A DNA stretch of 64,000 bases from Hypanus sabinus (taxonomy: Eukaryota), in the NCBI RefSeq assembly GCF_030144855.1, contig NC_082707.1:154132001-154196000 (forward strand), written 5' to 3'. Below the pieces are notes generated by a model. The model was given only the letters and a program-made list of their open reading frames with translations, searched no databases and was not told where the DNA came from. Of the stretch, positions 34,228-49,735 are shown piece by piece (the stretch's first letter is position 1; each line of letters opens with the position of its first letter). The position numbers and the translations under genes were made by a program.

Positions 34228-37200
34228 ATAGAATGGAACTATTCCATTCAATACACTGATGACACTTAATGGAGATACGCTTCATTGTTTCTTGAAAGTG
34301 CAGTATTGTAGCAAATAGTTTCTACTGTGAAACTTGTTTATGAATCAAGCATAGCATATAAAAATCTACTATAATTTAGATTGTAATTCATTTGAAATGG
34401 AACCATCTCAAAGAGAAAATCACCATGTTATGTTTAATCCCTGTAAAATACAATATTGAGCCCTTACTTTAGAAAAAATTAACAATGTTCTAAAATGTTG
34501 AGTGCATGAATTGAACCAAAATAACACAAAGCCATTCCCTAAACCAGGGATAAATATTACTTTCAGTTGGTTTGCATTGTTTTTATTACCTTGAACATGC
34601 ATTGTTGCAACAGTGTAATGATGTAAAAATGGTCTCCCTTTTCAGATGAAACTATGCTTTATGAACTTGATCAATTAGAAATTGGATATTGTCTATTTTT
34701 TGCTGTAATAAGCTATGTTTAACACTGAATTTGATCAGAATCAGACTGCAAGAAATTATCAAAATGACCAGCAAATCATTTGAAATAGCACCACAATTTG
34801 CAAACAGGGACATCCAGAAGGAAGTTGTTGAGGACAATTGTGATGCTGTGTGCAGGCAGGGTCTCTGATCTTAAAAGGACCATCCTCATTGCATCCTTTT
34901 CACTATGATGGAGATGGAGAAAAATTCAGGTGAGGTGGGGGGGGGGGGAAGGGAGAACAATGTGTGTAGCTAACCCTCAAATGATCTGTTGCCCTGTTCA
35001 GACGGCAACATCTCAAGTAGAACCACATCACTTAGAGATAATCAGGCATGGCAGTGTGCTGCTATAAAATTCACAAGATAAAAAAGGCTCTCATCAATGA
35101 TGGAGCAAGGAAATGTAATAGTAAAAGTATTTCAACCTTCAAAATATATCTTGAATGCTATGATCAAAACAATTGAGAATGGAGACTTGGTTTGTGTGTT
35201 TTAAAAATAATAATTGTCATAGCACAACTATTCTTGCCATGTCAGAGCAGAATTTCAGTTCGAAGAATGTTAAAGTTGATATTATTTATGTCCAATATTG
35301 CTTAAAGGCCATGCATGCTGAGGTGGAACATGACTAGCATTGCTTGGGCTAATTTCACAAGTCACAATTTCATCTGAAAATGATGGCTAGCACAATCTAC
35401 TCCAGTTGATTTTTTTTTTTGCACAATTAGTGCATTAAAAACATACTAATTAAATTACTAGGCTTGTGTGTTCAGTTTAAAAACTCATCCAGTGTCTTAA
35501 GCAAGTCAGAGGTTAAGGTTGACTTGCTTTCAAACATGTCTTTGATTTCTGAGGTGGTTGATTGGGCCATTATGAGACTCTGCCTGATGGGATGCAGTGG
35601 AAGGGGGTGGGGGGAATGAGTAGTTTGAGTGGTGGTACTTTTCCTATTGTTTACAGTGAACTACTGTGCACTTCCAAGATATGGACTTGAGGCTCTCAAT
35701 GCCATCTGGAATGCTTCTCTGCTTTAAGTAGTTCAGAGGTAGGAATATAGCACTTTATCTGGGAAGCTTTTAAGAGCATCCTTGAATCATACACTCCACC
35801 TTGCTGTTACAGCGAGGTGTAGAGTGTCTGTATAGGTTATTTCTGGTAGTTCTCCCCTATAATCATTCAATCTGAACATGCCAAAGTTGATAAAGACTGG
35901 AAGCACAACCAAGAGATCTTTCTAAAAGTTTGCTATAGCCAAATAAATACTAAATAAAATTAGAAACAAATTGAATTTATGATGGAAATACTGTATCAAG
36001 TTAAAATTATATGGTTTAAGTCTTAACTATTATAATTTCAGTTCACATTAATCATTTTAACTGATTCTGAATACAACTCAACCTGGTTGGTCACTTGTAG
36101 GAACCTGCTCCTTTATACAGGTAATGAATTTTGTTCAGTTTTCCCTTCAAACAACCTTTTTAAATAGCATAAAAACACAAACGACAATTGACTTATGCCA
36201 TTGCTGGCCTTTTGATTGCTTTATCTGTTTCTGGCCTATTCCTTACTATCAATTTTCACAAGATTTGTTTTGATGAAGAGCCTGTCAAGCAGAGATATTC
36301 TTGTCCTAGTGATCAATCACCTGCTACTTAAATTCAATAGACAGTTACTGCATCTCACAAAATATCTTGGGAGAAAGCAGTTAAGTAAATTATTCCCTTG
36401 AATTAGTCTTGTTTATGAATATCTCAAATGTATTTAAATCTCATCTTCTTTTAAAGAAACATTCTATGTTTCATCAGTGTTCATAGATGGAAAATTTGCT
36501 CTATTTTTAATTAATGTTGGTTTATAAATGCTTTAAGTTATGCCTGGCTACCCAGTCTGCTACATTGTTAACACCTGACTATAACTGGGCTCTCAATGCT
36601 CAGGGTATTTGTCAGGATAAAGGTGCTGATGTTATGGGGAATTAAGAGGATTTTATGGAGATAGCTTTATTGTATTTAGTCAATCTGGATGGATTTCCCA
36701 GCTCAGCAGCTTGAATTGGAAGTCAATCCTCAAAAGCCATTTTCTACAGTCACTCAAAAGCTTTGATGACACACTGAAGATAATGGTAAGTTTCGTCAAT
36801 GTCTTATTCAATGAGAGGTAGCTCCCAAATTATAGCATGTGATGTGACAGAAGGTTGGTAAAGGATTATGTCTTGTAGATGTTGAGTACAATGCTCAGTT
36901 TCTCACACAGTTCAGTAAATGATGACTTGGAGCTCAGTTCCTACATGTGACTATTGTTATTGCAACTCAATGCCTGCGATGGAATAATCCATCAGGAGCT
37001 GCAGCTTTGGGTAAGATTGAACAAAGGGTTGGTGGATGCAGCAGCCTTGTAATCTTGAGGGACTCCATGATGCTGCTGAGGTGCGTTTTGTTACTGGGAA
37101 CAAATTCCTTAGGATCCTGATGTACAATGGCTCTGCTCCTGCCCTTCCAGAAATTTTGTACCACTTCATCAAGACTGCTGTAGTTGTTTGCTAACAGAAT

Positions 37201-38289
37201 AAGGACACCAAGTTTGATTTGATTAAAATTGAAAGCAGAATACACCAGCTAGCTCTTTATTGCAACTTAAATAGGGTGTTTCCCCCTATATAAAGTACAA
37301 ATCACCTGCCACTTGTAACTATGGAGTTTCTTCATTGTTTTAATGAACCTAGAAAAAAAAAATTCATCTTGATTTTATAAAAATCTTTGCTTGACACTAA
37401 TCTGCACTGAAATGTCTGGTGTGAATGGGTTAAATTCACAGTTTGTATGTTATTATGTACCAAAGAAAGTTGAATTTCTGCAGGTAGTCATGTTTAGAAT
37501 GTGAGTTTATTTGGGTCAAAAATGGCTATGTTCAAAACTATAAGTCAGCCACTCAACAAAAATTACACAACCTTCTTGTATATCAGTATCACTTTAACCC
37601 ATATTCCTCAACTCATAATATTTAAAAATCAGTATCTTGAATATACTCGGCAACAAAGATTTCTTAGCATCTTGGGAGTAATCTGTGTGAAGATAATTTT
37701 TCACAGCATTCAGAATCTCACACCCTTAGAATCTCTGACATCTAGCTCAAGTCACATCAACCAGGGAAAACATCCCCGCATTTACCCTGCCAAGCTCCAA
37801 ATGAATTCTACACTTTTCAGTAAGGTCATGTCTCCTCTTAACTGCTCAAGAGTTAAGACCCAGTGTTATGACAAACTCTCCATCCTAGAAGTCAATATGA
37901 TGAACCTTTGCTGTACGCTCTATCCTTGGGCATGAATAGAATGTGCATGATACCCCAGCTGAATGATTGGAGCAAGTCATCTAAATCCACATGCAATAAA
38001 AGTTTATTAATTGTTTTCTGTACTATTGTTTCAGTCCTTGATGCTGCTGCTCCCTGTGTTCCTTTTACAGTTGACATCTAGTACCTTGACCAGGGTAGAA
38101 TCCATGCTGCAATTCAAGGAGCCACTGGGAGGAAATGGTTGTGGAGTTCCTGGTGATAACTGGCTTGATAGATATAGAAATTACATACTGCAAATCATTT
38201 CTCGGTTCTTTGCCCAACCACCACCACAATAATGTATTTGTAATTTTTTATCTATAAATATCAGAGTAGTATTACGGTGGGTAATCACT

Positions 38290-39480
38290 AACAGTGGAAG
38301 CATAATCCCATTAGATGGATGGCAAGAACACAGCAAAACAGGAAAAGGCCACGTGCCCTTTGAAGCCTGCCATTCGTGACTGGTCAATTTGCCCCAACCC
38401 TCAATCGTTTTCTATGCCTGTTCCACACAGTCCTCAATTACTTGATTTTTCAAAAATACATCTACCTCCTCTCTATCCACAGCTCTGGAAAAGAATTCCA
38501 GAAATTCGCTACACTGTGGTAAGAAATTCCTGTGCATTCTTGTTTTAAATTATTACCCTCTTGTTTGAGTCTCCCACTAGAAGTAACTTTTCAACATCTA
38601 CCTTGCTGTGCCATTTTAGGACTTATTGAAATGTACAAGATCATACTTAATTTCAAATTCCAAGAAATATAATCTTTTTTTTAAGTTTTTTTTGTTGCAT
38701 ATATCCTCTTACCCTAGGAATTAGCTGTAATGAACTACTTCCAGATTATTTTGGTGGTACAGTCCTTTAATAAGGGGACCTAAATTGTACATAGTACTAC
38801 AGGTCCAATCTCAGCAACACCCTATACAATTGGAACATTTTTAAATTCCAGCTGCATAAAAATGAAGACTAATGCATCATTTGTACCTTATGTACCTGCA
38901 TGCTAACATTATTTTTTATGCATAACGTGTAAATCTCCGTTTCACTCATTTGCAGACTCTACATTAGACAAATCTGCTTTTGAATTGTTCTATACACTCA
39001 CTTTCCTCCATAAAAGTCCACTTGCCAAGTTTTAGTCCATTTATTCAAACATTCTGCTGTTGTAGGATCCAAATATTCTCCTCAATCCCCTCAAAATTCT
39101 ATATTTTGGTGCCTCCTAAAATCAATAATACAAGTTGTATAGGGCTTTGAGGGTTGAGGGTACAAATTGAGGCTTAAGGACCATTTCTTGGGGCACTCAA
39201 CAGTTATATCTTTCCTGTTTAAGAAACACCCATTTCTTTCAACTTTCTTTTATGTTATAAACAGTTGTCATTTGGTCCTGAAATATTAAACCAAGACAGT
39301 TTTTGTACATCAGCTTTTTATGTGGAATGCTTAATTACTTTGCAGAAATCCAAATCCATCTTTAAGCTTTCTCCTATTGATCTGCTTGTTATTATCTACA
39401 ACAAGTTATTCAAACATGATTTTCTTTCCATAAGACCAAGTTGACTTTAGCTCAATTGCATGAAACTTTTCTAAACAACT
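38290..39480 (-). mobile_element. Old CR1-type LINE remnant
   Basis: Highly decayed antisense CR1 3' region; boundaries approximate. Confidence 0.5.
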
Positions 39481-40739
39481 GTTAACACCAAAAAGATAAT
39501 AACCAAGTATTCAATTAGTACCAGCATTCTGTAAGATTAATAAGTGCTCCTCTACAGTCATCAATAATGTGCCAAAACTATAGATGAAACTCAATATAAA
39601 AATAACAAATACTGAAATTTAAAATACATATACTTTATGAATTGCTTTTTGCCTATTTGCAATTGTTAGAAAAGCCAAATCACAACTAATCGCTGAATTT
39701 CAGTGTCTGGGATATGAATCTGATTGTTTTTCACTGTTTTATGGTACATATTAAAATAATTCTAATTAAAATTAATTTTAAAAATACACACACACACAAA
39801 ATATATTTTGATGCCAATACTTTGCAGTTTATTGGTCCAGAAGTTATTGTCTGTTATAAAGCCTTAAATGTCAAAAGATTGCTGCCATCACTTTCTTTCT
39901 TTGATAGTCCTTTGGGATGAAATGGTGCAATGAAGCCATTCGGTGTCTAGTATAATAATGAGAATTTGTTAATGTTTGTGGAGCTTATTTTGTAAATTCT
40001 GTAATTTGTCTATTTTTAATACTTCCTTTATTTTCTAAGGGAATGATGCAAGAGTTTTTGCCTAAACAGATGGCAGTTTAATTTATCGTTTGGTGTCAGA
40101 CTACTGAACAGTGTTGTATTTATCAATATACTCTGGTCTATAATTTAGATTAATTCAAGAAATATTTAATGGCAGTAGCAGTATTGCCAGTATACTATGT
40201 CATTACAAAAATATACATTTTAGTTGATATATTTTATGTACAGACAATCTACATTAAATTTTTGGTGACCGTTATAGCACGATTAAAATACAACCACTTC
40301 AATTGTCTTAAATGGAAGTCAGAAATAAAATGGTTGCTTTGTAGATATTTTTGAAATAACATTCATTTTGTGAGCTTTATTTATTAAGAAGAATTACAAA
40401 CAGCTACAAGGGCCATATACCAAAGTTTCAAGAGTGCAACTATTGAAATCTTTGTGACCCACAAATATTGCTGGTCTTTTAGCACCAAAGAACATTCAAA
40501 ATTATTAATTGCAGAGGTCAAACATTTACCAGTTTGCAATTATTTAAAACTTAACAATTGCATAAAGCACAATAAATTATTCATTTTCAGTCTTCCAAAA
40601 CAACCCCAAGGACGTACCGACATGCTACATGTCCTACTCTTTCAAGACCCTCCAAAGTGCATTAAGATTAAATAGTTGTTCTTACCATTTTACCTGCTGA
40701 TCAAGATCATTCCATAGCCCAAGACCAGATCAAAACCAC

Positions 40740-43250
40740 TGATTTTCACACCTGCTGCCAATCACATCGAACAGTAAGGATCCAGTGGCATGGGGTCACA
40801 GGTCACAGGTTTCTAGTCATTAAGTCAACTCTCCTCTGCTACCATCACTCTCTGCCACTCATTACCAAGGCAATTTTGGATCCAATTGACTAAGTCATTT
40901 TGGATCAGCCTTCCACATGGGAACTAAAAGGCTGTACATCTATAAACCACATCCACACTGCAGTCTTAAATATAAATAGTAACCTCTTCAAAAACCTGGA
41001 ATTTAATGAATAATTTAGAATCTCTGACTTTAAAAAATCCGTGATTACTATTGCTGATCGATCCATGCCATTTCAGGGATAGATTAATCATTTCCCTCCA
41101 ATTTTTTTCCACTAATTTCCCTATAATGTTGAATTCTGACTGGCCTATCCCTGGTGCTGTTTTGAATTAAGTACCACATTTGCTATTTGCTAGGCCTCTG
41201 GAACGTCACATGAGTCAGTGAAGATGTAAATATTGCCACCAAGGCTCCAACAACCTCTTCCCCTACCTCCCATAGCAGCCTGGGATGCATCTCATCAGGC
41301 CCTGGGAATTTATCTATTTTATGCCTTCTAATACGTCACATTTTTAATCTTCGCATGCTCTAAAACATCACCTTCCCAATTAAAATCCCAATTAAAGTAC
41401 CATGCTTTCCCTTCTTAGTGAATACAGATAAAAAGTATTAATTTCAGATGTTGCCCACTTGTCCTCTGGTCACACTGTTATTCATACTAATTCACAATAT
41501 ACCTTGGGATTTTCTTTAATCCTTTCAGTGATATTTTGTGGCTCCTCTTTGACCTCTAATGTATCTTTAAAAGCACCCCTACACCCTCTGAAGGGCCTTC
41601 CTCATTTTAAGTGTGCTGTACATGTTCCCTTTATCAAACCTCCAATATTCCAGGACATAATACATGCAGCTGTGGAGGCCAGGTCATTGGGTGTATTTAA
41701 GACAGAGATTGATAGGTTCTTGATTGGACATGGCATCAAAGGTTACAGGGAGAAGGCTGGGAACAGGGTCAGGAGGCAATTATTAAAAAAAGGATCAGCC
41801 ATGATTGAATGGCGGAGCAGACTCAATGGGCCAGATGGCCTAATTCTGCTCCTATGTCTTATGGTCCTATGCTGTAATCCTTAATCCTTACAAGAATACA
41901 TTGGCCTTGAACTCTCTGTATTTTGCTTTCAAAAGATTCACACTTTCTGAATGTGTGTTTACTGGCAAGTAGCAGTTCCCAGTCTTCATTTGCTAGGTCC
42001 TGAGATTAAGATCAATCACTTCCCAGTTCAAAACACTTAATTTCTGGACTGTCAGTTTTTCAAAATTACTTTTAAACTTCCTGGATTATGATGACTATCC
42101 CCTAAAACCCACTGACATTTAGCCACATGCATTCAGTCTAGCACTAGCCAAGACCTAGACTGACTACCTGTATGTTGGCACAAGCAGTTCTCTTGGGTGC
42201 ACTTTAAAAATTCCACCCTGTCTAATCCCTTTATATAGGCAATTCCAGTTAATACTATGCAAGTTGTAAGTTGAAATCCCCTACTACTGCAAATCCTATT
42301 TCTCTGGAACCTCCCTGCAATTTGTTTGCAGATCAGCTTCTGTCTCCTGCTGATGCAAATTGGTCTCCCTATCCTCCTGTGTCTTATGCTTATGTATGCT
42401 CTACCTACAATACTAACCTTGATTTTCTTACATATTTGAATGAACCTCTTACCCTGCTTGTACATTTATTGTGTCCCATCTTCATGCAAAATTTGTTGAA
42501 ACCGTCTCAACAGCTCAAGCATTCTAAAAGGGGAAAGCTCCCTACAAGGATGTTGAACCTTTTCCAGTTCAGCTGCAGTCTGCCCTGCCCTGCTTGTGTA
42601 TGGCCTATCTACCCCAGAAACCTATCCAATTATTGAAAAAAAAGTTTTCTCTTCAACACTGTCCCTTTAGCATACATTCATCTGATCTATCCTATTCTTT
42701 TCTCAGGAGTACTTAGCACAACAATCCAACAATCCAGACACTAGCCTTTGAGGTCCTGCTCTTTAATATGCTATTCCTAAATTCATATTGCAGGACTTCA
42801 TCCATGTCGGTATGCATTATGTCAAATGCTGTTCCACTTTCCCCTTTCTGAATAATGACCTTGGCACCAGGAAGGCAAAACACCATTTAAGTGGCATTTG
42901 TGGCCACAGAAACAAAAACAAACCTCCCCAGCTGTGCAGCAGAGCTGACCAGGGTGCCACAATCTTAGCCATTGTAGTTTTTCTCTCAGTATCCAAACTG
43001 GTACATGTGTTTGTGAGGGGATGACCAAGGGGAGGGGATGCACTATCATCCTGTGTCTCCCGGTGGTCAGCCATTGCTTTTCTATCAATGCAGCCACTGC
43101 TTGTGGTGTGACCACCTCACTAAACATGATATGGTCTTTGGCTGCCGACAGTTTTTGAAGAGCTGCTCCACTTCCTGAACACGTGGTCATCAAGGACACT
43201 ACCAATTCCCCACATGTTGTCGGATTGGAAGCCTGTGACCACTCGTGTGC
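40740..43250 (-). mobile_element. Decayed CR1-type LINE, with a younger + strand CR1 tail at about 41665-41870
   Basis: Antisense remnants such as KGLDRVEFLKCTQENCLCQH; the nested tail matches 2080-2270. Confidence 0.6.
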
Positions 43251-45399
43251 CACAGGGATTGGTGTTGTTTGTCATCTAAATTAACCATATTTGGTGACAA
43301 TGGCATGATTGGCAGTATATACTGTGAAGAAGGTCATCTCAGATTACATCAGAGTTTAACAAAATATCAGTTTTCTATTTCCCTTTCTGGCAGGAGTGTA
43401 CAGTGAGCATCACGAGAGGCATCCTTGTTTTTTTTCTGGTTCTCATATTAGAGAAAATAATTAGGAACAGAATGTCAGCGTTTCTGTTCCATATAATTTA
43501 ATTATGAATATTAATATAGGGAATTATAGATTTAAAGGAATTACAATAAATACTGTGAGGGGAAAAAACATGCCAATAAGAACAACACTTTCTATTTGCC
43601 CACCATGCTCCACCTTCAGGCTTCACTTGTCGCCATGTTATCAGATTCCAGAATTTGCAGCCCTTGGTTGTCTCCACTATCACCTCCCAGCCTCTCACTA
43701 TCTCTACCCCTCCTTTCTCCACTTGGCTCCATCTGCCTATTAACCCCTCATCTCTTGGATTGACCTCTCATTCGCCAGCTCCTAACTCACCCCCCTCAAC
43801 TCTTTATATTGCCCAAATCCCCTTTCTGTTGATATGTCAACCATCCCTCTGCCTCCAGAGGTGATACTTTCCCCCTTAACTACTTCCAATCTTTTGTAAC
43901 TATTGATGCGAAAAAAATTAGCAAAATAATACCTTTCTATTCTTGGAAACCATTTTACAAAAATTACATATTAAAATACATTTATAGGGAGAGAAAACAA
44001 AAATTTTCCCCCTTGCAGCTTGAACCTGCAATTCTCAGCCAGGCCATAAGGTGGCATCATTGTACCATTGCTTGAAATTAATTTACCAACTAATGTTGCA
44101 TCCTTACAAAACAATTTATAAATATATTTAAAACTTAATTTTCTTATGAAACAGGCTAGTGTGTACAACTCATTTTCCATTGAATCTGAACAGTGATTTC
44201 CCTTATTCTGTTTTTTCAAATCCTGGAGCTAAACATCCCCAGCCCCTCTCCCCCCACCCTGCATCTCTGACCTAAAGCGGCATTACGTGACCCTAGGCCA
44301 GCAGGCTTCCTTTTTTTCTTAGTATAATGTCCCTTCTGAACTGAATTATTTAAATTTCTTAGGGAAAAAAATAACAATCACTTTATCCATGCTTGAAAGA
44401 ATGAGTGAAAGCACTCATCCCATCGAGATAAAAGATTACCCAAAACATGTGTTCCACTGCCAACAATCCCAGAAGACATATTGAGAGCAGCTGCATGGGC
44501 TGGTTTGTAACTGAAAGAAAAAAAACAGGAATTGTTTCCTGCAGATGAGGATATACAACAGAGGTGGGGGAGGAGACTACAAGGAGAGATGGCCTGTATT
44601 GAGCAAAGAAAGCGCTCGTCATTGTTGAAATGATGTGGCACATCACCAATTATTTGGAGCCCCAGACTAACACGTAGAAACATGTAACTTCTTAAAGGGT
44701 CTTCTATAATAAACTGATGCAAAATCAAAATTATACAGAATAAAGGAATGAATTCAGCCCATCGTTCCTGTATGTATGTTTAAAAGTTCTCCAATTAATC
44801 CTATTCTCTCATTCTTTCCTCAAACATTAGGAAATTACATATTTTGCAATTTCCTCATACACTCTCATGCAGTGCAGTCTAGATTATGACAGGTATTGTG
44901 CCACAAAATCTGATGTTCTCACTAGTTCTTTTGACTATTAGTTACTGATTCACTCCTGAGTGGAAACAGTTATCTTTATTTGCTTTATCAATTTTGAAAA
45001 TCTCAAAAAGTTGCACCTTCATCTTAGTACTAAGCAGAACTATCCTTGCTTCATTAACGGAAACCATTCTTTCTGGTATCATTATGGCAAGTTGACTGCA
45101 TCCTTTCCAAGGTCTTAACATCCTTCCTGAAGTGTTGTGTTCAACATTTTAACCAGTGATGTTCTTTATAATGTTCTTGCTTTTAAACCATATGTCTCTA
45201 TTTATAAAGCACTGGTCTTGACATCTGAATCGACTTGTCCTGTCACTTCCAAAACAGTGTACGTGAATCTCAACCTTCTTGAAATGGAGGGGTTATTGAA
45301 ACAGTGTGCGGAGAGTACAACTGGAAAAAATACTAAAGCTAGTTAAAGCCAAGCCAGGTGACTGATCTAATAGTGGATGAACATTTTAGAAATATTGAC

Positions 45400-46930
45400 C
45401 ACAGCTCATTATGTTTTAAGATAGCTACGAGTATGGATAAAATTAGATCTTTGGTAAGGTACTAAATTGGGGAAGGATAAATTACAATAGGATAAAATAG
45501 GAACCAAGGGGTATTGATTGGGAGCAGCTGCTGTCGGAGAAAGCCATGTCAAACACGTGGGAGTTGTTTAAGTTCGGAGTTAAGGGTTGGATTGTTCCAG
45601 TAGGGGGCGAGAATGAGGATAGTAAGGGAAGGGAAACTGAAGGACTTGAGAGGTCCAGAATTTAGTCAGGTAAAATAAAGAAACATACATAAGCTAAAAT
45701 CATATTGGGCCCCTTGAGGAATGTAAAGATTGCAGGGCAGTGCTCAAGCAGGTGATTAGGAAGGCCAAAAAGGCCACAAGATATCAAGGATTATCCCAAG
45801 GCATTAAGAAAAGTAGGATATTTAAGGAGAGGGTAGATCCTCTCAAGAAGAGTGGGAGGAACTGGAGCTTGAAGTATGACCAAGTGATCGAAGTCTTAAA
45901 TGAGTACTTTGTGTAAGTATTTACCAAGGAGAAGGAGTTGGAGTATACTGAAAACAGAGTGGGCATGCTACTGTGCTGGGATATTTTGAGATTAGGAGAA
46001 GGTTGTGCTGGGACTTCTGAGAAGCATTAGGGTGTGTAAGTCCCCAGGTCTGATTACGTATATCCCAGAATATTGAAAGAAGCAAGTGATATTGCTGGGG
46101 GCTGTGGATGGTGCAAAGGACTATCTCGTAATATAGTGGGGTATACTTCATTTACAGATACGGACAGAGAGCTGTCAGAGGTTAATTCGGGGAAATGTGA
46201 TGTATTGCACTTTGGGAGGTCAAATGAAAGGAGAAAGTATACTGTTAAAGGTAGATTTCTTAATAGCATTAAGGTACAAATGAGTTTTGGGTTCTAGGTC
46301 CACGGTTCCTGAAAGAGGCTATGTAGATAGATAAAGTGTTTAAAAAAGGCATATGGCATGCTTGCCTTCGTTAGTAATGGTGCTGAGTATAACAGTAGGG
46401 AACCACTGTTGTAGCTACATACATTTTCACTCAGCCCACACTTAGAGTATTGATCACCCCATTGGAAGCATGCGGGAACTGCGCAAGGGCTGCAGAAGAG
46501 ATTTAGCTAAATGCTGCCTGGATTAGAGAGTATGAACTAAAAGAAAGATTGGACAAACTTGGTTGTTCTCCCTAGAGAATCAGCAGCTGAGGAGGAACAA
46601 TGATGGAAGCTACTAAAATTAGGAGAGGCTGAGATAGGGTAGACAGTCAGAGTCATTTCCCCCGGGTAGAAATGTCAAACACCAGTAGACATGTTTTTAA
46701 GGTTGGGGGTGGGGGAGAGAAAGTTTTTTTTGTGTAGAGTGGTAGGTACCTGAAATAGGTTACTAGCGATAGCAGTCAGTTTGGTGAAGTTTAGATTTTT
46801 TTTTAAATCTACATAGGAATATGCAGGGAATGTAGGGATACAGATAATACACAGGAGGATGTTAAATACAAACTGGCATCAAGATCATCATTGGCTAAAG
46901 AGCCTGTCCAGTGATGTATTGTCCTGAACT
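45400..46930 (+). mobile_element. Decayed CR1-type LINE
   Basis: Remnants such as KCDVLHFGRSN, LNEYF and KSPG.D..YPRILKE. Confidence 0.7.
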
Positions 46931-49680
46931 CCTTTGACGTTGAACCATTTAAGATTATTTTGCCTCACCTTCTTCTGGTCCCAAATCTTTACAACTTAAC
47001 AGTTCCCTGCATCAAATTTCATCTGGGTGCATCTTTAGCTAAATCACAAAGGAATAGTGGTTACTTTCACCCATTTCTTGGATAAACCACTTTTCCCATT
47101 CATAATTTCTCTCTACTTTCTGTCCTTCCTATTCTGTACTACAAGCCATGTACCTTTCATCTTTAACCCCTGACCTCTGGTCGTAGCGTCACCCAACCTC
47201 AGTGGATGAAGCTTGCTTGCATTTACCTTTGAGAAGGAAAAATAAATCTCCAGACAACTTTATAGTATTCAACACCACCTGTTACAAATTTAAATTTTGC
47301 TGAACATTTGCTAAACATTTTGTTCTTGCTCTTCAACTTGTTTCATTTTCAAATGTAAATCCAGTAAAAAAAATAAAAGGTACATGATTAAAGCAAAGTA
47401 ATAATCTTAAACATGAATGGCTAATCCATTCAGATGGACTACAAAAATTCAATGATACCCAGTATAAATAAAAAAGATTATTATCACATTACAGACTGAC
47501 ACATTAATCGAAGTTTTAGGTTTTGGCATAATTGGCAAACTCAGATTTTCCAGCATTTCTTTTGATTCTGAAGATGCTACTAAATGTTGGGCTCAAATAG
47601 CACTTCAAGAAAGTTTTGCCTCTTGAATTGTGTAATTTAGCAATGGGAATATCAATTACCACTTCAGGATTAAAAGTAGAAGATCAATTTGTGTGGAGAA
47701 TGATTAAAAAAAACTACCAGCAGTTGTGCCCTACAGTTCAACAGTAGCTTCTTAATCCAATGAGCACAATGAGTACGCACATAGCTCTGTTACTTTTAGT
47801 TATTTGTATTTTCTTGTGTATTAGTGCAAGAGATCATGTTGATTTCAATGTTTAAGTCAATTCTGTCACAAAATCAAAACTAGCAATCAGCTCAAGCACT
47901 GCTAGGTAAAACCGTCAGAAGTTCTCATTTACAATAAACCTATTACTTAAACTAGGTTAATTCATTCCATTTGTTTCAAATAGACTTAAAGATGCCTTTG
48001 GTCTGCAAAAAAAAAGATCAGAGGAGGAAGTAAACTGCTTGTTTATATAGCCACTGTCATCTGAATCCAACATTTAAGGCAGGAGATTATTGCATTCTAA
48101 CCAATGAAACACAAAGATCACTAAAAAGCAAATTCCTGACTGTTGCCTAACTAGAAATACCAATTTATAGCCCTGTTAACTTACAAAGATGCACTCTTAA
48201 ATTAAACCGAAAGGTAAGGGGATCAAGAGACAGATTGATTCTAGAATTGTATTGAATTGCACACAAAAATGAATTATGCATTTAAAAAACAAAATTGACT
48301 TAGTTTCACTTCTTGCCACATCCTGAGAAGCATACAGAAGGCAGGAATAAAACATAGAACTTAAACCAGTACAACACAGAAACAGGCTCCTCTCTACAGT
48401 GTTGTGCTGAACCAATTCAATTAGTAATCAAATAGCCAAATAAACTAATTTATTCTGCCTACACAGTGTCCACATGCTTCCATTTTCCTGAAATTCATGC
48501 GACTATTTAAAAGTCTCTTAAAAGTCCCTAACATATCTGCTTCTATCACCACCCGAGGCAGTGCATTCCAGGTAACCACCACTCTAAAAAAAAACTGCCT
48601 CTCACATCTCCTTTGAAATTACTCTCTCCCACGTTCAATTCATGTCCTCTAGTTTCAGACATTTCAATCCAAATAAATGCGACCTGAGTTAAGTTCATTG
48701 TCAAAATAATGAATGTTTTACTTCACATGTTTGTATACCAGCTTCTGTTGTGAAGACCTAGGGTCAAAATGCAATATCAATGTTAAAAACAGCCAAAGTC
48801 TGTTTAAATAAGTTCCTAAAATCACCATATCTGAATTGAAACTGTACTTCGATTTTCTTTACACATTTTCAAAGGAATAAGCAATTGATAGTTTATTCAC
48901 AAATTCCATTTATTAGACTGATTCTAACCAGAGCCAAAATTTTGAGACATAAATACACAAAGGTTCTCAAGTTACCGGTAGGATGTTATCATTTGAGCCT
49001 ACAAACCTTTAGGACTGATGCTTAAATGTGTGTGCTGACTGGTAGTACGATCACTTCATCTCAACAATCTCAATGCCTTCTTTCTGCAGAAAGACTGGTC
49101 TCAGTAAGATCCTAGTTGATATAAGATGTACATAAAGTTAATTCGATTAAATGAGTGATTTTACAAGATGAGCCTTGCAGGTGATAACTGTTCAATTTAT
49201 TTAGTACTAGCATAATATCTATAAAATAAAAAACTGTGCATCTAGATTTGGCTACAACTAGCTGGGATGACATTTTCCAAGCTCATTTCATATTGGATCT
49301 TGAAAATGGAAGAGCTTTATTCCACTAATGGCATAGAACTAAAAACTAACATTCCAGAGTGATTAGATATTGATACACATCTCAAAATTAAGTAAATACG
49401 TGTTTACAATACTATTTTAATAGCCACACAGTTCTTACTGAAATACCAGCCAATGCTTTATTTTAAGCTGCAATGCTATAGCAGAAAACCATTTACCATG
49501 TAGTCTCACAGCAAGCAAAGCCAATTCAAGAGATGCCGTAATATACTTCAGAAATCAAAAAAAAACAGAATCAGGCATGTGTAGTGAAATAGGAATTGCG
49601 GCAGCAGTACATTACAATACATAAAAACAAAATTACAATAAATCTATGGTGTATGTGTACGTGTATGTATATATATTATA

Positions 49681-49689
<9 letters not shown>

Positions 49690-49730
<41 letters not shown>
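49690..49730. repeat. (CA)n microsatellite
   Basis: About 20 perfect units, preceded by TA/TG-rich sequence. Confidence 0.95.

Positions 49731-49735
<5 letters not shown>

Noticed and set aside
37501-37935. 144-aa ORF downstream of GPR135
   Set aside because: Non-ATG start, AT-rich, no recognisable domain or splice context.
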